A stretch of 37,683 nucleotides of DNA from Candidatus Iainarchaeum sp. (GCA_043812975.1 JBDRLP010000020.1:1-37683); one strand, 5' to 3'. Shown: positions 1 through 9,372, numbered from the stretch's first letter. Numbers and translations: made by a program. Notes: generated by a model not told the origin, from the sequence alone.

Positions 1-475
1 TTGGTGCAACTTCTTGTTTAAGCAAATCTGCTTTTGTTGGCTCTTTTATCATTGGTTCTTCTTGGTTTTGAGTTTGTATTGCATTGAACGCTTTTATCCC
101 TCCATCAAGGTTCATCACGTTTGTATAACCCAAATCAATTAACTTTTGTGAAGCTTCCAAACTCATGTTTCCGCTTCTGCAGTAAACAACAATCGGCGTG
201 TTTTTGTCTTGGGGCAGTTTGGAAAGATTTGCCTCTATTTCATTGAATGGAATGAAATCATCTGTTCCTGCAATATGTTCCTGTTCAGGAATATGCACAT
301 CAAGCAAAAAGAAATCCTTGTTCTCTAGTTTTTGTTTTAATTCCTGTGCGGAAATGTTGGAAAAGTTAATTGTCTCACCTCCATTGTTTGCTTGAGTTTG
401 ATTGTTTGTGTTGTCAATGCAGCCGCTCACAATAATCAAACCGATTAATATTGCTCCTATTGCTGCTGTTTTCAT
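1..475 (-). CDS. Rhodanese-domain lipoprotein (3' end runs off the window)
   Basis: Not in the ORF track; manual translation from ATG 475 gives MKTAAIGAILIGLIIVSGC (lipobox), then FLLDVHIPE...HIAG...IVVYCRSGNMS...LGYTNVMNLDGGI, a rhodanese signature with active-site Cys. Open to position 1. Confidence 0.88.
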   Translation of the reverse strand, partial: MKTAAIGAILIGLIIVSGCIDNTNNQTQANNGGETINFSNISAQELKQKLENKDFFLLDVHIPEQEHIAGTDDFIPFNEIEANLSKLPQDKNTPIVVYCRSGNMSLEASQKLIDLGYTNVMNLDGGIKAFNAIQTQNQEEPMIKEPTKADLLKQEVAP

Positions 476-494
476 AATTTCACTCTCCCATTTT

Positions 495-938
495 TTATGT
501 TGGTATAGTTGTTCCTGCTACGTTACATTCTTTGCATTGTAGTGTGTTGTAAATAAGATAACCTAATAGTGCTATTGAAACCATTCCTAATATTGGCCTT
601 AGCGGTTCTATAAAAGCCATTATTGTTGCACTCCCAAGGATAGCTACTAATATTGCATTGCATATTGGGCAGCTGAATGCAATGAACCCTGCAACTCCTC
701 CTACAAGTTCTTTTGCCCCTGTCTTTTTTTCAGATTTGAAATATAGTTTCAGGGAAATGAGTGCTGCAAGCATTATTGATGTTGTTGCAAGGAAAAAGTA
801 GTCAAGGGCTGTTGCTTCAATCATTCTTGTATATTGAATAAGCGGGTTTGGCACGAGGGCTGTCGGTGTTCCCATGATTATGAAGAACAGTATCGATAAT
901 CCAATTGCTATTAGCGTGTATTTTGCTTTTTTTTTCAT
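495..938 (-). CDS. Small membrane protein with CPIC motif (putative metal/thiol handling)
   Basis: Likely start MKKKAKY at 938, just after the stop of 941-1087. About four hydrophobic segments, FSCPICN and C-terminal CKEC. Confidence 0.7.
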   Translation of the reverse strand: MKKKAKYTLIAIGLSILFFIIMGTPTALVPNPLIQYTRMIEATALDYFFLATTSIMLAALISLKLYFKSEKKTGAKELVGGVAGFIAFSCPICNAILVAILGSATIMAFIEPLRPILGMVSIALLGYLIYNTLQCKECNVAGTTIPT

Positions 939-940
939 TT

Positions 941-1087
941 TTAACAGAACTCGCAAGTATTGCTGTCGCTGGATAATTCTTTTGTTTTTTCCTTGTATTC
1001 GGAAACGCATTTTCCAGAACAGAATTCCTTTTTGTCCATTGTGATTCCTTTTTCAAATTCCTTCCTGCACCAAAAACATTCAATCAT
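941..1087 (-). CDS. 48-aa TRASH/YHS-like metal-binding protein
   Basis: Manual translation: MIECFWCRKEFEKGITMDKKEFCSGKCVSEYKEKTKELSSDSNTCEFC. CxxC...FCSxxC pattern; GGAGG RBS at 1096-1100; fills the gap in the operon. Confidence 0.8.
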   Translation of the reverse strand: MIECFWCRKEFEKGITMDKKEFCSGKCVSEYKEKTKELSSDSNTCEFC

Positions 1088-1099
1088 TTTTCTAACCTC

Positions 1100-2329
1100 C
1101 TAAAATGAAAAGAACCATAGTATTGCTGCTAATATGAGCATCACTATTCCGGATGCCAGCTTCATATTCTTTTTATTGTTCTTTTCCCAATCATTAAGCT
1201 TATCCGCTACTTTCTCATTGCTGGCAACCAACAAAATAATTATCAACGGTACAACAAACATTGCATTGTAAAGCAACAGCAATCCTAATCCTTCAATGAA
1301 TGTTGTTTGTATTGCCATTAATGAAAGTATTCCAACGTAGATTCCGCCGCTGCAAGGGAATGTGCATAAACCAACAAGGAAACCAAGTATTATGACTCCT
1401 GCTAAGGTCATATCATTCATTCTTTCTTTTATGATAGGTGCTGCGAATGACGGTATTTTAAGTGAGAACCATTTCCCGTAGAAAAAATAATCCTTGATGT
1501 TAACTAAAGCAAGTAATAGCATTAGTACTGCGCTGATTTTTCCGAATAAATGTGGCACTCCTGAAATGAGAATTGCTTGTAGCAAACCCAATCCGATTAG
1601 TAAGTAAGTTAGGAAAATCATGAAAATGAAAACAAATCCTACTTTATAAATTTCCATTTTAGAACGACGCATAGTGTACAAAAACGCGATGAAAAATAAC
1701 AGTACTCCAAAAGCACATGGATTAATGCCGTCAATTAATCCTGTGAAAATAACTAAAGGAAGTAAAGCATCTTTTGACATTATTTTTCCATCAAGCTCAG
1801 AGCATTCTAAAATATCATCCTTAATTTCGCATTCGCGTATTTCGCCTTGTTCATCCATTATTTTATAAGATTCTAAATCTTCAAGTGGCAGCATAAAATC
1901 TTGGTAAATAATCATTTTCGGAAATGGTTTTTCATTGTATTCTTCAAACAAATTTTCAAGTATTGGAATTGGAACGTGTCCTTCAAGTATGAGTGAATTG
2001 TCAATTGTAACTATCATGTGCCCCTGCATTTCTAATGGAACATTTCTTTCATTGTGAAGCAGTGCGACTTCCTGTCTTATTGCAGGATTATTAATCATTA
2101 ATTTTTCTTCAACATTTGCGTAACCATGAAGATAAAGAAAATTCCTGAATTCTTTCAAGTATACATTGCAGTGTCCACAAGCCTCATTTTTGTAAATAAC
2201 CACTTCTCTGTTATTTATTTCTAATGGTTGAATATTGTTATTGGGTGCCATGCCAGTATCTTCGGAGTGGGAGAAAACCATTGCTGAAAAAATTATCATT
2301 GCAATGGCTATTAGAAAAATCTTTTTCAT
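1100..2329 (-). CDS. CcdA/DsbD-like transmembrane electron transporter with N-terminal thioredoxin-like CxxC domain
   Basis: Signal peptide, CGHC and EGHVP in the soluble part; C-terminal TM domain with DGINPCAF and FPCSGGIY (the two PC motifs). Confidence 0.8.
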   Translation of the reverse strand: MKKIFLIAIAMIIFSAMVFSHSEDTGMAPNNNIQPLEINNREVVIYKNEACGHCNVYLKEFRNFLYLHGYANVEEKLMINNPAIRQEVALLHNERNVPLEMQGHMIVTIDNSLILEGHVPIPILENLFEEYNEKPFPKMIIYQDFMLPLEDLESYKIMDEQGEIRECEIKDDILECSELDGKIMSKDALLPLVIFTGLIDGINPCAFGVLLFFIAFLYTMRRSKMEIYKVGFVFIFMIFLTYLLIGLGLLQAILISGVPHLFGKISAVLMLLLALVNIKDYFFYGKWFSLKIPSFAAPIIKERMNDMTLAGVIILGFLVGLCTFPCSGGIYVGILSLMAIQTTFIEGLGLLLLYNAMFVVPLIIILLVASNEKVADKLNDWEKNNKKNMKLASGIVMLILAAILWFFSF

Positions 2330-2359
2330 TTTAAAATCCCCTTACTCCGTTCAAACTTT

Positions 2360-2818
2360 TTATAGTTGATCCTCAATAGGAAACTCATACTTTTCGAAAA
2401 TGATTTGTTTCAAAGTATCTTTATGTTCTTCTCCAACTTTTTCTGCAATCGCCCGTGCAAAATATTCTGCCAGAAGCGGATTGCCATGTCCTTCCAGTAT
2501 TTCTCCAATACATTCTCCACAAGGATGCACTCCGTTCATAAGGTCTGCCAGACAATCACATATTGCGCCTTCTCCATGGCCTGGTGTTTTTTCAATACAG
2601 TAAGTGCATGCTTTTTCCAAGCAGCATCTGTACTTGGTATTTGGCATCAAGTCCCCTTGTATTGATTCTTTTAATTCAATGAATTCTGTTCTTTTTTCAT
2701 CAGTACTCATATTTTCCATATTCATGTCTTGGTGGAAAAATGGACCAAAAAGCCCTCCAATGAAAAAACCAATCAAACCTATTGCTATTATAAAAATCAA
2801 AATGTTTGTTTCTTTCAT
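2360..2818 (-). CDS. Membrane-anchored Cys-rich hypothetical protein
   Basis: N-terminal TM; CCLEKACTYC, CDC and HPCGEC clusters. Confidence 0.75.
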   Translation of the reverse strand: MKETNILIFIIAIGLIGFFIGGLFGPFFHQDMNMENMSTDEKRTEFIELKESIQGDLMPNTKYRCCLEKACTYCIEKTPGHGEGAICDCLADLMNGVHPCGECIGEILEGHGNPLLAEYFARAIAEKVGEEHKDTLKQIIFEKYEFPIEDQL

Positions 2819-2827
2819 TCAACCACC

Positions 2828-3271
2828 TTAAATTTCCATGAAAACTGTTGCGTTTCCATTTTTTAGTGCGTATATAATGAATTTTTCTTGCTTGACTCCT
2901 GGCATTCCAGGACTTCCAGCAGGCATTCTAGGTAAAGCAATTCCGTCAATATCTGGTCTTTCTTCCAGAAGTTTGTTTACTGCTTCTATTGGAACATGCC
3001 CCTCAACAAAGTAACCTTCAATAATCGAGGTGTGACAACTTTGCATATTGCTTGATATATTATATTGTGCTTTTAAGTTGCTAGTATTTTCAGTGTTGAT
3101 TTTTTCAACATTAAAACTACGCCCTGATAGTTCTGCTGCATAACCAGAACAACAACCGCAGCTGGCTGATTTGTATAGCTCAACTTTAGTGTTGTCGGAA
3201 TTATTTTGTTGGGCACAACCTGACAGAATTATTAATCCTATTATGAATACTGGCAACAAAAGTTTCTTCAT
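2828..3271 (-). CDS. DUF411-family metal-binding lipoprotein
   Basis: Lipobox LSGC; CGCC, SCHT, EGHVP and MPAGSPGM motifs characteristic of DUF411. Confidence 0.88.
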   Translation of the reverse strand: MKKLLLPVFIIGLIILSGCAQQNNSDNTKVELYKSASCGCCSGYAAELSGRSFNVEKINTENTSNLKAQYNISSNMQSCHTSIIEGYFVEGHVPIEAVNKLLEERPDIDGIALPRMPAGSPGMPGVKQEKFIIYALKNGNATVFMEI

Positions 3272-3534
3272 TACAAGCACCCTTCATACCTATCAGGATG
3301 ATGGCTCATATGTTCTTTCCATTTTTCTTCAGTATAGCCTTCTGGAACAGCACACTTGTCAGCTAATTCTGCCGAAACAAATTCCTGATAATTTTCTTGG
3401 GTATTTTGTAACCCAACTGAATTATTCTGCTGGATTGTCTGCTGTGGCGTGTTAAGATTTAACACTGCTGAACCAAGCATTACTATGCCTGCTAATACTA
3501 TTAATGCTATTATTGCGTTTGTGTATGACAACAT
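3271..3534 (-). CDS. Membrane-anchored His/Cys-rich hypothetical protein
   Basis: Start MLSYTNA at 3534 after a GAGGAGG RBS; TM then CAVPEGYTEEKWKEHMSHHPDRYEGCL. Confidence 0.7.
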   Translation of the reverse strand: MLSYTNAIIALIVLAGIVMLGSAVLNLNTPQQTIQQNNSVGLQNTQENYQEFVSAELADKCAVPEGYTEEKWKEHMSHHPDRYEGCL

Positions 3535-3950
3535 TCTTTTTCCTCCTCTTTTTTTGATACTTTTTGTTCTGTGTAATTGTATATTGCTACTCCAACCAAA
3601 CCGAATCCCATTATCCACAATCCTATTCTGAAAGGATCTGCTTCAGGGAAAGGTGTTGCAGCGATTATAAGTCCTGTGTTTGCGGCCAGCATGTTTTTCG
3701 AAACACATTTATGTTTTGCATACATGTATCCTGTGAATGCCAGTAGTGCTAAAGCAATCGTCCATAAGGGTATTGCGTATACTTGCAAGAATTCAAGAGG
3801 CATTCCTTCAATGCTGATTCCTATCAGGGCTAGCACTCCAATTAATCCTAAGCATATATTGTGGCATACTTGCCATCCCCCCAAAAAACTGAGAGCGCCG
3901 GATGCTGTTGATGCGCCTCCGGCCATTTTTTCAGTTATGTTATTTTCCAC
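3510..3950 (-). CDS. MerC/MerT-like small metal-transport membrane protein
   Basis: About four TM segments, CHNIC in the first TM region, C-terminal ECCH. Family call by pattern only. Confidence 0.55.
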   Translation of the reverse strand: MENNITEKMAGGASTASGALSFLGGWQVCHNICLGLIGVLALIGISIEGMPLEFLQVYAIPLWTIALALLAFTGYMYAKHKCVSKNMLAANTGLIIAATPFPEADPFRIGLWIMGFGLVGVAIYNYTEQKVSKKEEEKECCHTQTQ

Positions 3951-4217
3951 TTAACAGCCACCAACCATGTCGGGAACATTCTGCAGGCTTTGCGGTATTC
4001 CACTGGAACCACTGCTTGTTGTCTGTATTGCCGCAGATGCAGCAGCCAAATTGGCTGTTCCCTGTAACTGAGTTATTTCTGTGCTTTGAATATTTATTTC
4101 TTGTTTTAATTCAGAAAGCTGTATTGTTTGAAATGCTGCTAACAAAAACATTGCGCCAATAAACAGTGCAATGAGTGTGTTTTTATCCATCGTAACCTTT
4201 TCATCTTTTTCTGTCAT
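3951..4217 (-). CDS. Membrane-anchored protein with flexible tail ending PDMVGGC
   Basis: TM, coiled coil, Ser/Gly linker, terminal VPDMVGGC. Confidence 0.75.
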   Translation of the reverse strand: MTEKDEKVTMDKNTLIALFIGAMFLLAAFQTIQLSELKQEINIQSTEITQLQGTANLAAASAAIQTTSSGSSGIPQSLQNVPDMVGGC

Positions 4218-4219
4218 TT

Positions 4220-4900
4220 TTAACAGCCTCCTACCATGTCAGGTATTTCATCCAAAACAGTTCCTGTAAGGTTTCCACCATCAGCCTGAAGTTGAATTGT
4301 TTTCTGGTACATTTGCTTTGGGAAAAACATTGTTTTCCATAAAGTTAGTTGTTCCAGGATTTGTTCATTTGTATAATCATCGCCGTGATTTATCAAAAGG
4401 TATTTTATCAGGCCTCTCATTGCAGCGCTGTGTGCACAACCGCAAGCGGGTTGTCCATTTGGAGCTACTATATATTCTGCTCCGCAGCAGTATTCGCATG
4501 AGATGCTCATTCCTATTTTGATGTAATTCTGTTGCTGTTCTTGGCTCATATCTGCAAACTTCAACAAACCGGTTTCATATAGGTCTCCGTCCAAAGCTTT
4601 CAGCACATCTAGACTTTCCACGGGTTTGTCAAAACTCACACCCAATTCCGCACCATAAATTGCAGGTACTCCTTTTGGTATGAATTCTTCAAAGGAAATC
4701 ACTGTTTGAGTGTTTTCCTGTACCTTTGCTGTGTTTGTCTGTTGAACTGGTTGAGCGAGGCTCATATATTGTATTTGTATTTTTTGTTCAGCAACCTGTT
4801 GGGATATTTCTCCCTGCAGGAAAATGTTGAACGCCATTGTTCCAAGAACCAGAAATGCCAATGCAAATACTAGTTTCTCAGTGTTCATTGTTTTTTCCAA
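4220..4900 (-). CDS. Membrane-anchored Cys-rich protein ending PDMVGGC
   Basis: TM; CEYCC and PACGCAHS clusters; terminal IPDMVGGC; GAGGTG RBS upstream. Confidence 0.78.
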   Translation of the reverse strand: MEKTMNTEKLVFALAFLVLGTMAFNIFLQGEISQQVAEQKIQIQYMSLAQPVQQTNTAKVQENTQTVISFEEFIPKGVPAIYGAELGVSFDKPVESLDVLKALDGDLYETGLLKFADMSQEQQQNYIKIGMSISCEYCCGAEYIVAPNGQPACGCAHSAAMRGLIKYLLINHGDDYTNEQILEQLTLWKTMFFPKQMYQKTIQLQADGGNLTGTVLDEIPDMVGGC

Positions 4901-5017
4901 AAATTACCACCTCTCAAATGGTTTTTACTGAAGTAACTTGTACTGAAACCATATATAGCGATTCATGAAACCGTGAAAACAGTGTAATTTAAAACATTTC
5001 TGGATTGAGAATTCAGT

Positions 5018-5521
5018 ATGATCCCTTCTACAAACAAAAATGTTGTAATTGGCATAGTGGTTATTGTTTCTTTTTTGGTTCTTGCTTTCAATATTTTTCC
5101 ATTTCTTGGCTTGAGTGGACATACTGAAGAATGTTCGCTTACAGAGGGCTGTCCGCATGAACAAGAGCTTGATTTTTTGCAAACTGCTTTGCCAATAATG
5201 CTTTCACTTGCTTTGCTTGTTGGAGCAGGAACTTATTATTTGATGGCTCAACAGGTTGAATTTAAGGATAAATCATTGAAAAAAAATACAGATGTTATTC
5301 TGAAACTATTAAATCCGGATGAAAAAAAATTAGTGAACTTATTACTTGATAACAACGGAAAAATTTTACAGGCAGAGGTTACAAGACTTCCCGGAATGAC
5401 TAAAGTGAAAAGCCACAGGGTTGTGCAAAAGTTAATTGACCGTGGTGTTCTTGAAAAGGAAAGTGTCGGAAAGACCAATGTTCTGAAGTTTACTGATGAA
5501 GTAAAACAGGGTTTACTCTGA
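5018..5521 (+). CDS. Membrane-anchored wHTH (MarR-like) transcriptional regulator
   Basis: Two TM helices around HTEECSLTEGCPHE; C-terminal LNPDEKKLV...ILQAEV...KVKSHRVVQKLIDRGVLEKESVGKTN wHTH. Divergent from the metal/thiol cluster. Confidence 0.82.
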   Translation: MIPSTNKNVVIGIVVIVSFLVLAFNIFPFLGLSGHTEECSLTEGCPHEQELDFLQTALPIMLSLALLVGAGTYYLMAQQVEFKDKSLKKNTDVILKLLNPDEKKLVNLLLDNNGKILQAEVTRLPGMTKVKSHRVVQKLIDRGVLEKESVGKTNVLKFTDEVKQGLL

Positions 5522-5612
5522 TTTTTTAAATTCGCATAACTCAAACATTGATTTTGAACTGTTTTGAGAATTCAATTATTTATAAAACCGTTTTAGCCTA
5601 CTTATTTTATTC

Positions 5613-6821
5613 ATGAACCGTTTATTTAATAATTTAAATCGCAAAATAATTGCTTTCAAATGGTTTATAATATTCTTCTTTATTTTCCTGTTTTTTCAAT
5701 TACAAATGTTTTCCGGTTTTTCATGGGATCTTATTGTTTACCAGTTGCAGGGCCAGTGGTTCTGTGGAAACGGAATTTATTTTGAATGGTTAAGGCCGCC
5801 TTTGCCTGGTGCAGTAAACTGCTTATTTGGTGCAGGAGAACTTTCAACTTACTTTTCAATTGCACTTGCATCTGTGATTTATTTTATAGCAATTATTTTC
5901 ACTTATTTGAAAGAAAAAAATTTTTCAGATAAATTTTTTGTCGCGGGGTTTTCTTTCCTTTTTCCTATTATATTATTGCAGTCAAATGCAGGAGGGGATT
6001 TGTTTGCACTTTCTTTTTTACTTTTAGCTTTCGCATTTGATTCTCCGTTAAAAAAAGGTTTCTTTTTTGGTTTAGCTAGCCTTGCAAGGTATAATTTTTT
6101 CCTGTATGGGTTAATACTGCTTTACAAGGAAAAACCAAAAAATTTAGCAAAACTTTTTGTGCCTGTTATTTTGCTTTGGCTTCCTTGGTTGTTTTATAAT
6201 TACTCAGAAACAGGAGATCCGTTTTTTAGTGTGAAAGAATCAATTTTCCTGAACATGCAGCAGAAAGGCCTGTTTGGTTCTTTTGATTTATTGTCAATTG
6301 CAGTTATTATTTTCTTTTTGGTTAGTCTTGCATTAAATAAAAGATCTGAAATTTTGAAAAAGTATAATCTGGCGGCGATTTTTGCATCAATCCAGTTTTT
6401 ATTTTCCAGTATTAAAGAATTAAGGTTTCTGAATCTGCTTGTTCCTGCTCAGGCTCTGAACCTTTCAAAAACAACAAATCCAAAAATCAGAAAATTTTTA
6501 TCTGTGCTAATTATTTTATTTTTCATGTTTTCTGCATTTACTTTGTTTTATTATCCTGCTTCGGAACCAGATATTCCGAATAATGATTTCCTGAAAGAAT
6601 GCAGGGTTATGAGTAATCAATGGGTTTATTTTTATCCAAAAGGGATTGTGGCTGAACCTTTGAATCCAGGAAACGATTTGAATTCTTTGCTTGAAAAAGG
6701 AATTGTTCTGGTTGTATTTAATGAAAGTGCTTTTAATCTTCCTGAAAACAAAGCATACACAATTCTGAAGCCGGAAAAGTGTGATTTGCAACCAAAGAAT
6801 TTTGTTTTAATTAATTCTTAA
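5613..6821 (+). CDS. GT-C-type integral membrane glycosyltransferase (PMT/ArnT-like)
   Basis: Many TMs; WD..VY...EWLRPPLP loop, LASLARY, YNY..TGDPF and KELRFL motifs. Confidence 0.65.
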   Translation: MNRLFNNLNRKIIAFKWFIIFFFIFLFFQLQMFSGFSWDLIVYQLQGQWFCGNGIYFEWLRPPLPGAVNCLFGAGELSTYFSIALASVIYFIAIIFTYLKEKNFSDKFFVAGFSFLFPIILLQSNAGGDLFALSFLLLAFAFDSPLKKGFFFGLASLARYNFFLYGLILLYKEKPKNLAKLFVPVILLWLPWLFYNYSETGDPFFSVKESIFLNMQQKGLFGSFDLLSIAVIIFFLVSLALNKRSEILKKYNLAAIFASIQFLFSSIKELRFLNLLVPAQALNLSKTTNPKIRKFLSVLIILFFMFSAFTLFYYPASEPDIPNNDFLKECRVMSNQWVYFYPKGIVAEPLNPGNDLNSLLEKGIVLVVFNESAFNLPENKAYTILKPEKCDLQPKNFVLINS

Positions 6822-9372
6822 ACGCAGAAGCGGTTTCTCCTGCATCCCATGAGAAACGAGGTCTTACTTTTATGAGCCACAATTTTTCTGATTGGTCGTC
6901 TAGGATAAGTGCATATCCTCTTGAACGTGGCATTTGCTGAAAATACTTGTCAAAGTTCTGGTGTAAATAACTAGGCCTTAATTGTGCTACTGCATCAATG
7001 TCAGGTTGGGCGGTCATCCTGTGTGAAATAAAAAGATCGCATTGTGAAATTGCATCAGGATGTAACTTGTTTGGACGTTGGGTTGCCAGTACTAATGAAA
7101 GTCCCGGTTGTCTTCCAACTCGAACCCACTCAAGTAAAACCGAAAGCGCAAAACTGGTTTCATCTTTTGGCATGAACATGTGGGCTTCATCAATCATCAT
7201 CCAGATTATCGGTAAATCACTTTCCCTTGTGAGTCCTTTTGTCAGCCTGATTTCTTCTTCTTTTCTATAAAGCATCCTTTCCTCAAATAATCTTTTTCCA
7301 AGAAGTCCTACAATAACATCTCTTGTTCCTTCCATTCCGACTGCCTGCCGGTATGCTGAAACATCGATTATGGTTATTGCTGCTGGTTTTGCAATTTCCC
7401 TTATTTTAGTTCCTTCTTTTTCAAATAAACCCCATGTTTTTGCAGCACTTAATCTTCCTGCTACTCCGTATCTTGTATTTTTTTCTGATTCCTCATCATT
7501 TTTTGCTGCAGTTATTAATTCATCCAAACCATAAAGTGTGCCTAATTTTTCTTTTACATTTTCGACAATCCTTGATAATAAAATTGCCTCAGGGTCTTTC
7601 CATGTTAGCTTGAATAGACTCATCCATTCTATGGCTTCTAATTCTGAAACCCTTAAAGTGAATGCTCCGTCTATTGGCATTTCTTTTTTCTTGTAAAACT
7701 CAAGTTTTCCTTTAGGAACAAGAACTCTGACATCTGTTTTATCAGGTTTTAAATCCCATTTTTCTAATTCTTTAATGCCTTGTTTTGTCGGCAGTTTTAA
7801 ACTCCAGAAGATTCCAACAGTATCAATTACAATTACGCTTAGTCTTTTTCTAATTTCAATTGGTTGTCTTGCAAATTCTTCTATGAGTACGGCCATTGAA
7901 AAAGAATTATGGACAATAATGTCATTTGCAATAAAGTTGTGGTTTTCATCAACTGTTATATCATAAACAGTGAAGTTTCCTTTCAGTTCTTTTTTGGACA
8001 CTATTTCGTCCCAGTAAATATCAGAGGTTGCCAGTGATTCAATTAATTTGTTATTATCTGCTTTTGCTATTTGTAATAATTTTTGCCTTGAAGGAGCATA
8101 ACGCATGCTTTCTCTTAACGCTTTTGGGTGCTTATATCCAATTTTTCTTCCAACTTCTGCCCAGTTTTCAGGTTTGTATTGCCCCCATATTTCTTTCGGG
8201 ATTGTATCAAGGTTGGTGTTCCTTATTGTTGTTAAAAAGTATTTCATTGCCTGTTTTTGCTTTTCTTCTTTTCCCCCAAAGAAACCTATTTCCTCTACAA
8301 ATGTCTTGATTGGTTCGCCACTTATTACAAGTTCTTTGTTTTTGAAGTATTTTCCATTAGATTTTGTTATTTTATCTCTGATTTTGGAAAGAATACCAAA
8401 CCTCAAAAGCAAGTGGTGTATCTGACTTGCCATTTTTGGCGAGGATGTTGAGTAAGACATTCTCCAGCGGTTGCTTTCAAAGTAAATGCTTCCGTCACAG
8501 CTGAACATTCTGTTTAATAGTAATGCTATTTTGTTTTTTGGAAGGTTAAACACTTTTTCCGGAATTGTTTTTTCAGGTGCTAGTTTACCATATGCTTTTA
8601 ATTCAATTAAAAATTGTCTAAGGCTGTGTTTATTTTTTGGGTATCTTCTTGTTTTTTCATTTCTTACTACTCTAAAACCATAATTTGGTGATTTATTTAC
8701 TTCAAGATTTTTGTCGAATTGTTTCACTGAATTTTTAAAATCCTCTACAATTGCTTTGTCCGAGTTTGTGAACCAGACCACTTTTCCTTTTGTATGGCCT
8801 TCTGCTAGTAAATATGCTAATAATTTGATTTCACATTCTTTCATAAATTCGCTGCCAAAAGAATCTATTTTTCTTGGAGTAGCTATTCTTGCACCTAAAG
8901 ATAATTCTTGAACCGGGGTCCAACCATCAATTGTTAGCAAGGGGTGTTCATGGGTAAGTTTGATTTTTTTCCCGCTTCTAAGCGTAAGCTCAAGCATTTT
9001 AGAAACATTTCTTTTGTAAAATGCACTTTTCTCTGCTCCGTTGATTTTATAAGTATTATCCAAAGACATTATTTGTCTTGCGTCATATTCTAAATCTTTA
9101 ATTTTTTTTATTGTGCCGTCTTTTAGAACTATTTCTGTGTCTCCATCTAGGCACTTTCCCCCGCCTCTTTTTCCGCAAATCAGCATTACGTGCGGTTTTG
9201 CAACATCCAAAAGAATCCTTCTTCCAAGAACCGGTCTTTCACCGGAACTCATAACACTTTTTCCAAAATAAGCAGTGGCCTTGTCACCATATTTTTCAAT
9301 ATCATCAAGACTTCTTCCAACTACTGAGCTTTTTTTCCCAACATCAAATGAGGCCATGTTATCTAATCGCAT
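6811..9372 (-). CDS. HerA/FtsK-superfamily ATPase (DUF87-like) containing an intein
   Basis: Walker A GKRGGGK|S split by an intein; Walker B MMIDEAH; RVGRQPG arginine finger; LATQRP. Confidence 0.88.
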   Translation of the reverse strand: MRLDNMASFDVGKKSSVVGRSLDDIEKYGDKATAYFGKSVMSSGERPVLGRRILLDVAKPHVMLICGKRGGGKCLDGDTEIVLKDGTIKKIKDLEYDARQIMSLDNTYKINGAEKSAFYKRNVSKMLELTLRSGKKIKLTHEHPLLTIDGWTPVQELSLGARIATPRKIDSFGSEFMKECEIKLLAYLLAEGHTKGKVVWFTNSDKAIVEDFKNSVKQFDKNLEVNKSPNYGFRVVRNEKTRRYPKNKHSLRQFLIELKAYGKLAPEKTIPEKVFNLPKNKIALLLNRMFSCDGSIYFESNRWRMSYSTSSPKMASQIHHLLLRFGILSKIRDKITKSNGKYFKNKELVISGEPIKTFVEEIGFFGGKEEKQKQAMKYFLTTIRNTNLDTIPKEIWGQYKPENWAEVGRKIGYKHPKALRESMRYAPSRQKLLQIAKADNNKLIESLATSDIYWDEIVSKKELKGNFTVYDITVDENHNFIANDIIVHNSFSMAVLIEEFARQPIEIRKRLSVIVIDTVGIFWSLKLPTKQGIKELEKWDLKPDKTDVRVLVPKGKLEFYKKKEMPIDGAFTLRVSELEAIEWMSLFKLTWKDPEAILLSRIVENVKEKLGTLYGLDELITAAKNDEESEKNTRYGVAGRLSAAKTWGLFEKEGTKIREIAKPAAITIIDVSAYRQAVGMEGTRDVIVGLLGKRLFEERMLYRKEEEIRLTKGLTRESDLPIIWMMIDEAHMFMPKDETSFALSVLLEWVRVGRQPGLSLVLATQRPNKLHPDAISQCDLFISHRMTAQPDIDAVAQLRPSYLHQNFDKYFQQMPRSRGYALILDDQSEKLWLIKVRPRFSWDAGETASAFKN
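7906..9153 (-). mobile_element. Intein (416 aa) with LAGLIDADG homing endonuclease
   Basis: Starts CLDGDT; block B LTHEHPL; endonuclease motifs LLAYLLAEG and FSCDGS; ends VYDITV..NHNFIANDIIVHN followed by +1 Ser. Confidence 0.93.

Noticed and set aside
817..1083. 88-aa ORF from the track and the extended 5' end of 495-1010
   Set aside because: Better explained by the 48-aa Cys-rich ORF 941-1087 and a start at 938.
3951..4245. Selenocysteine read-through after GGC tails (TrxR-like GCUG)
   Set aside because: Both stops are TAA, not TGA.
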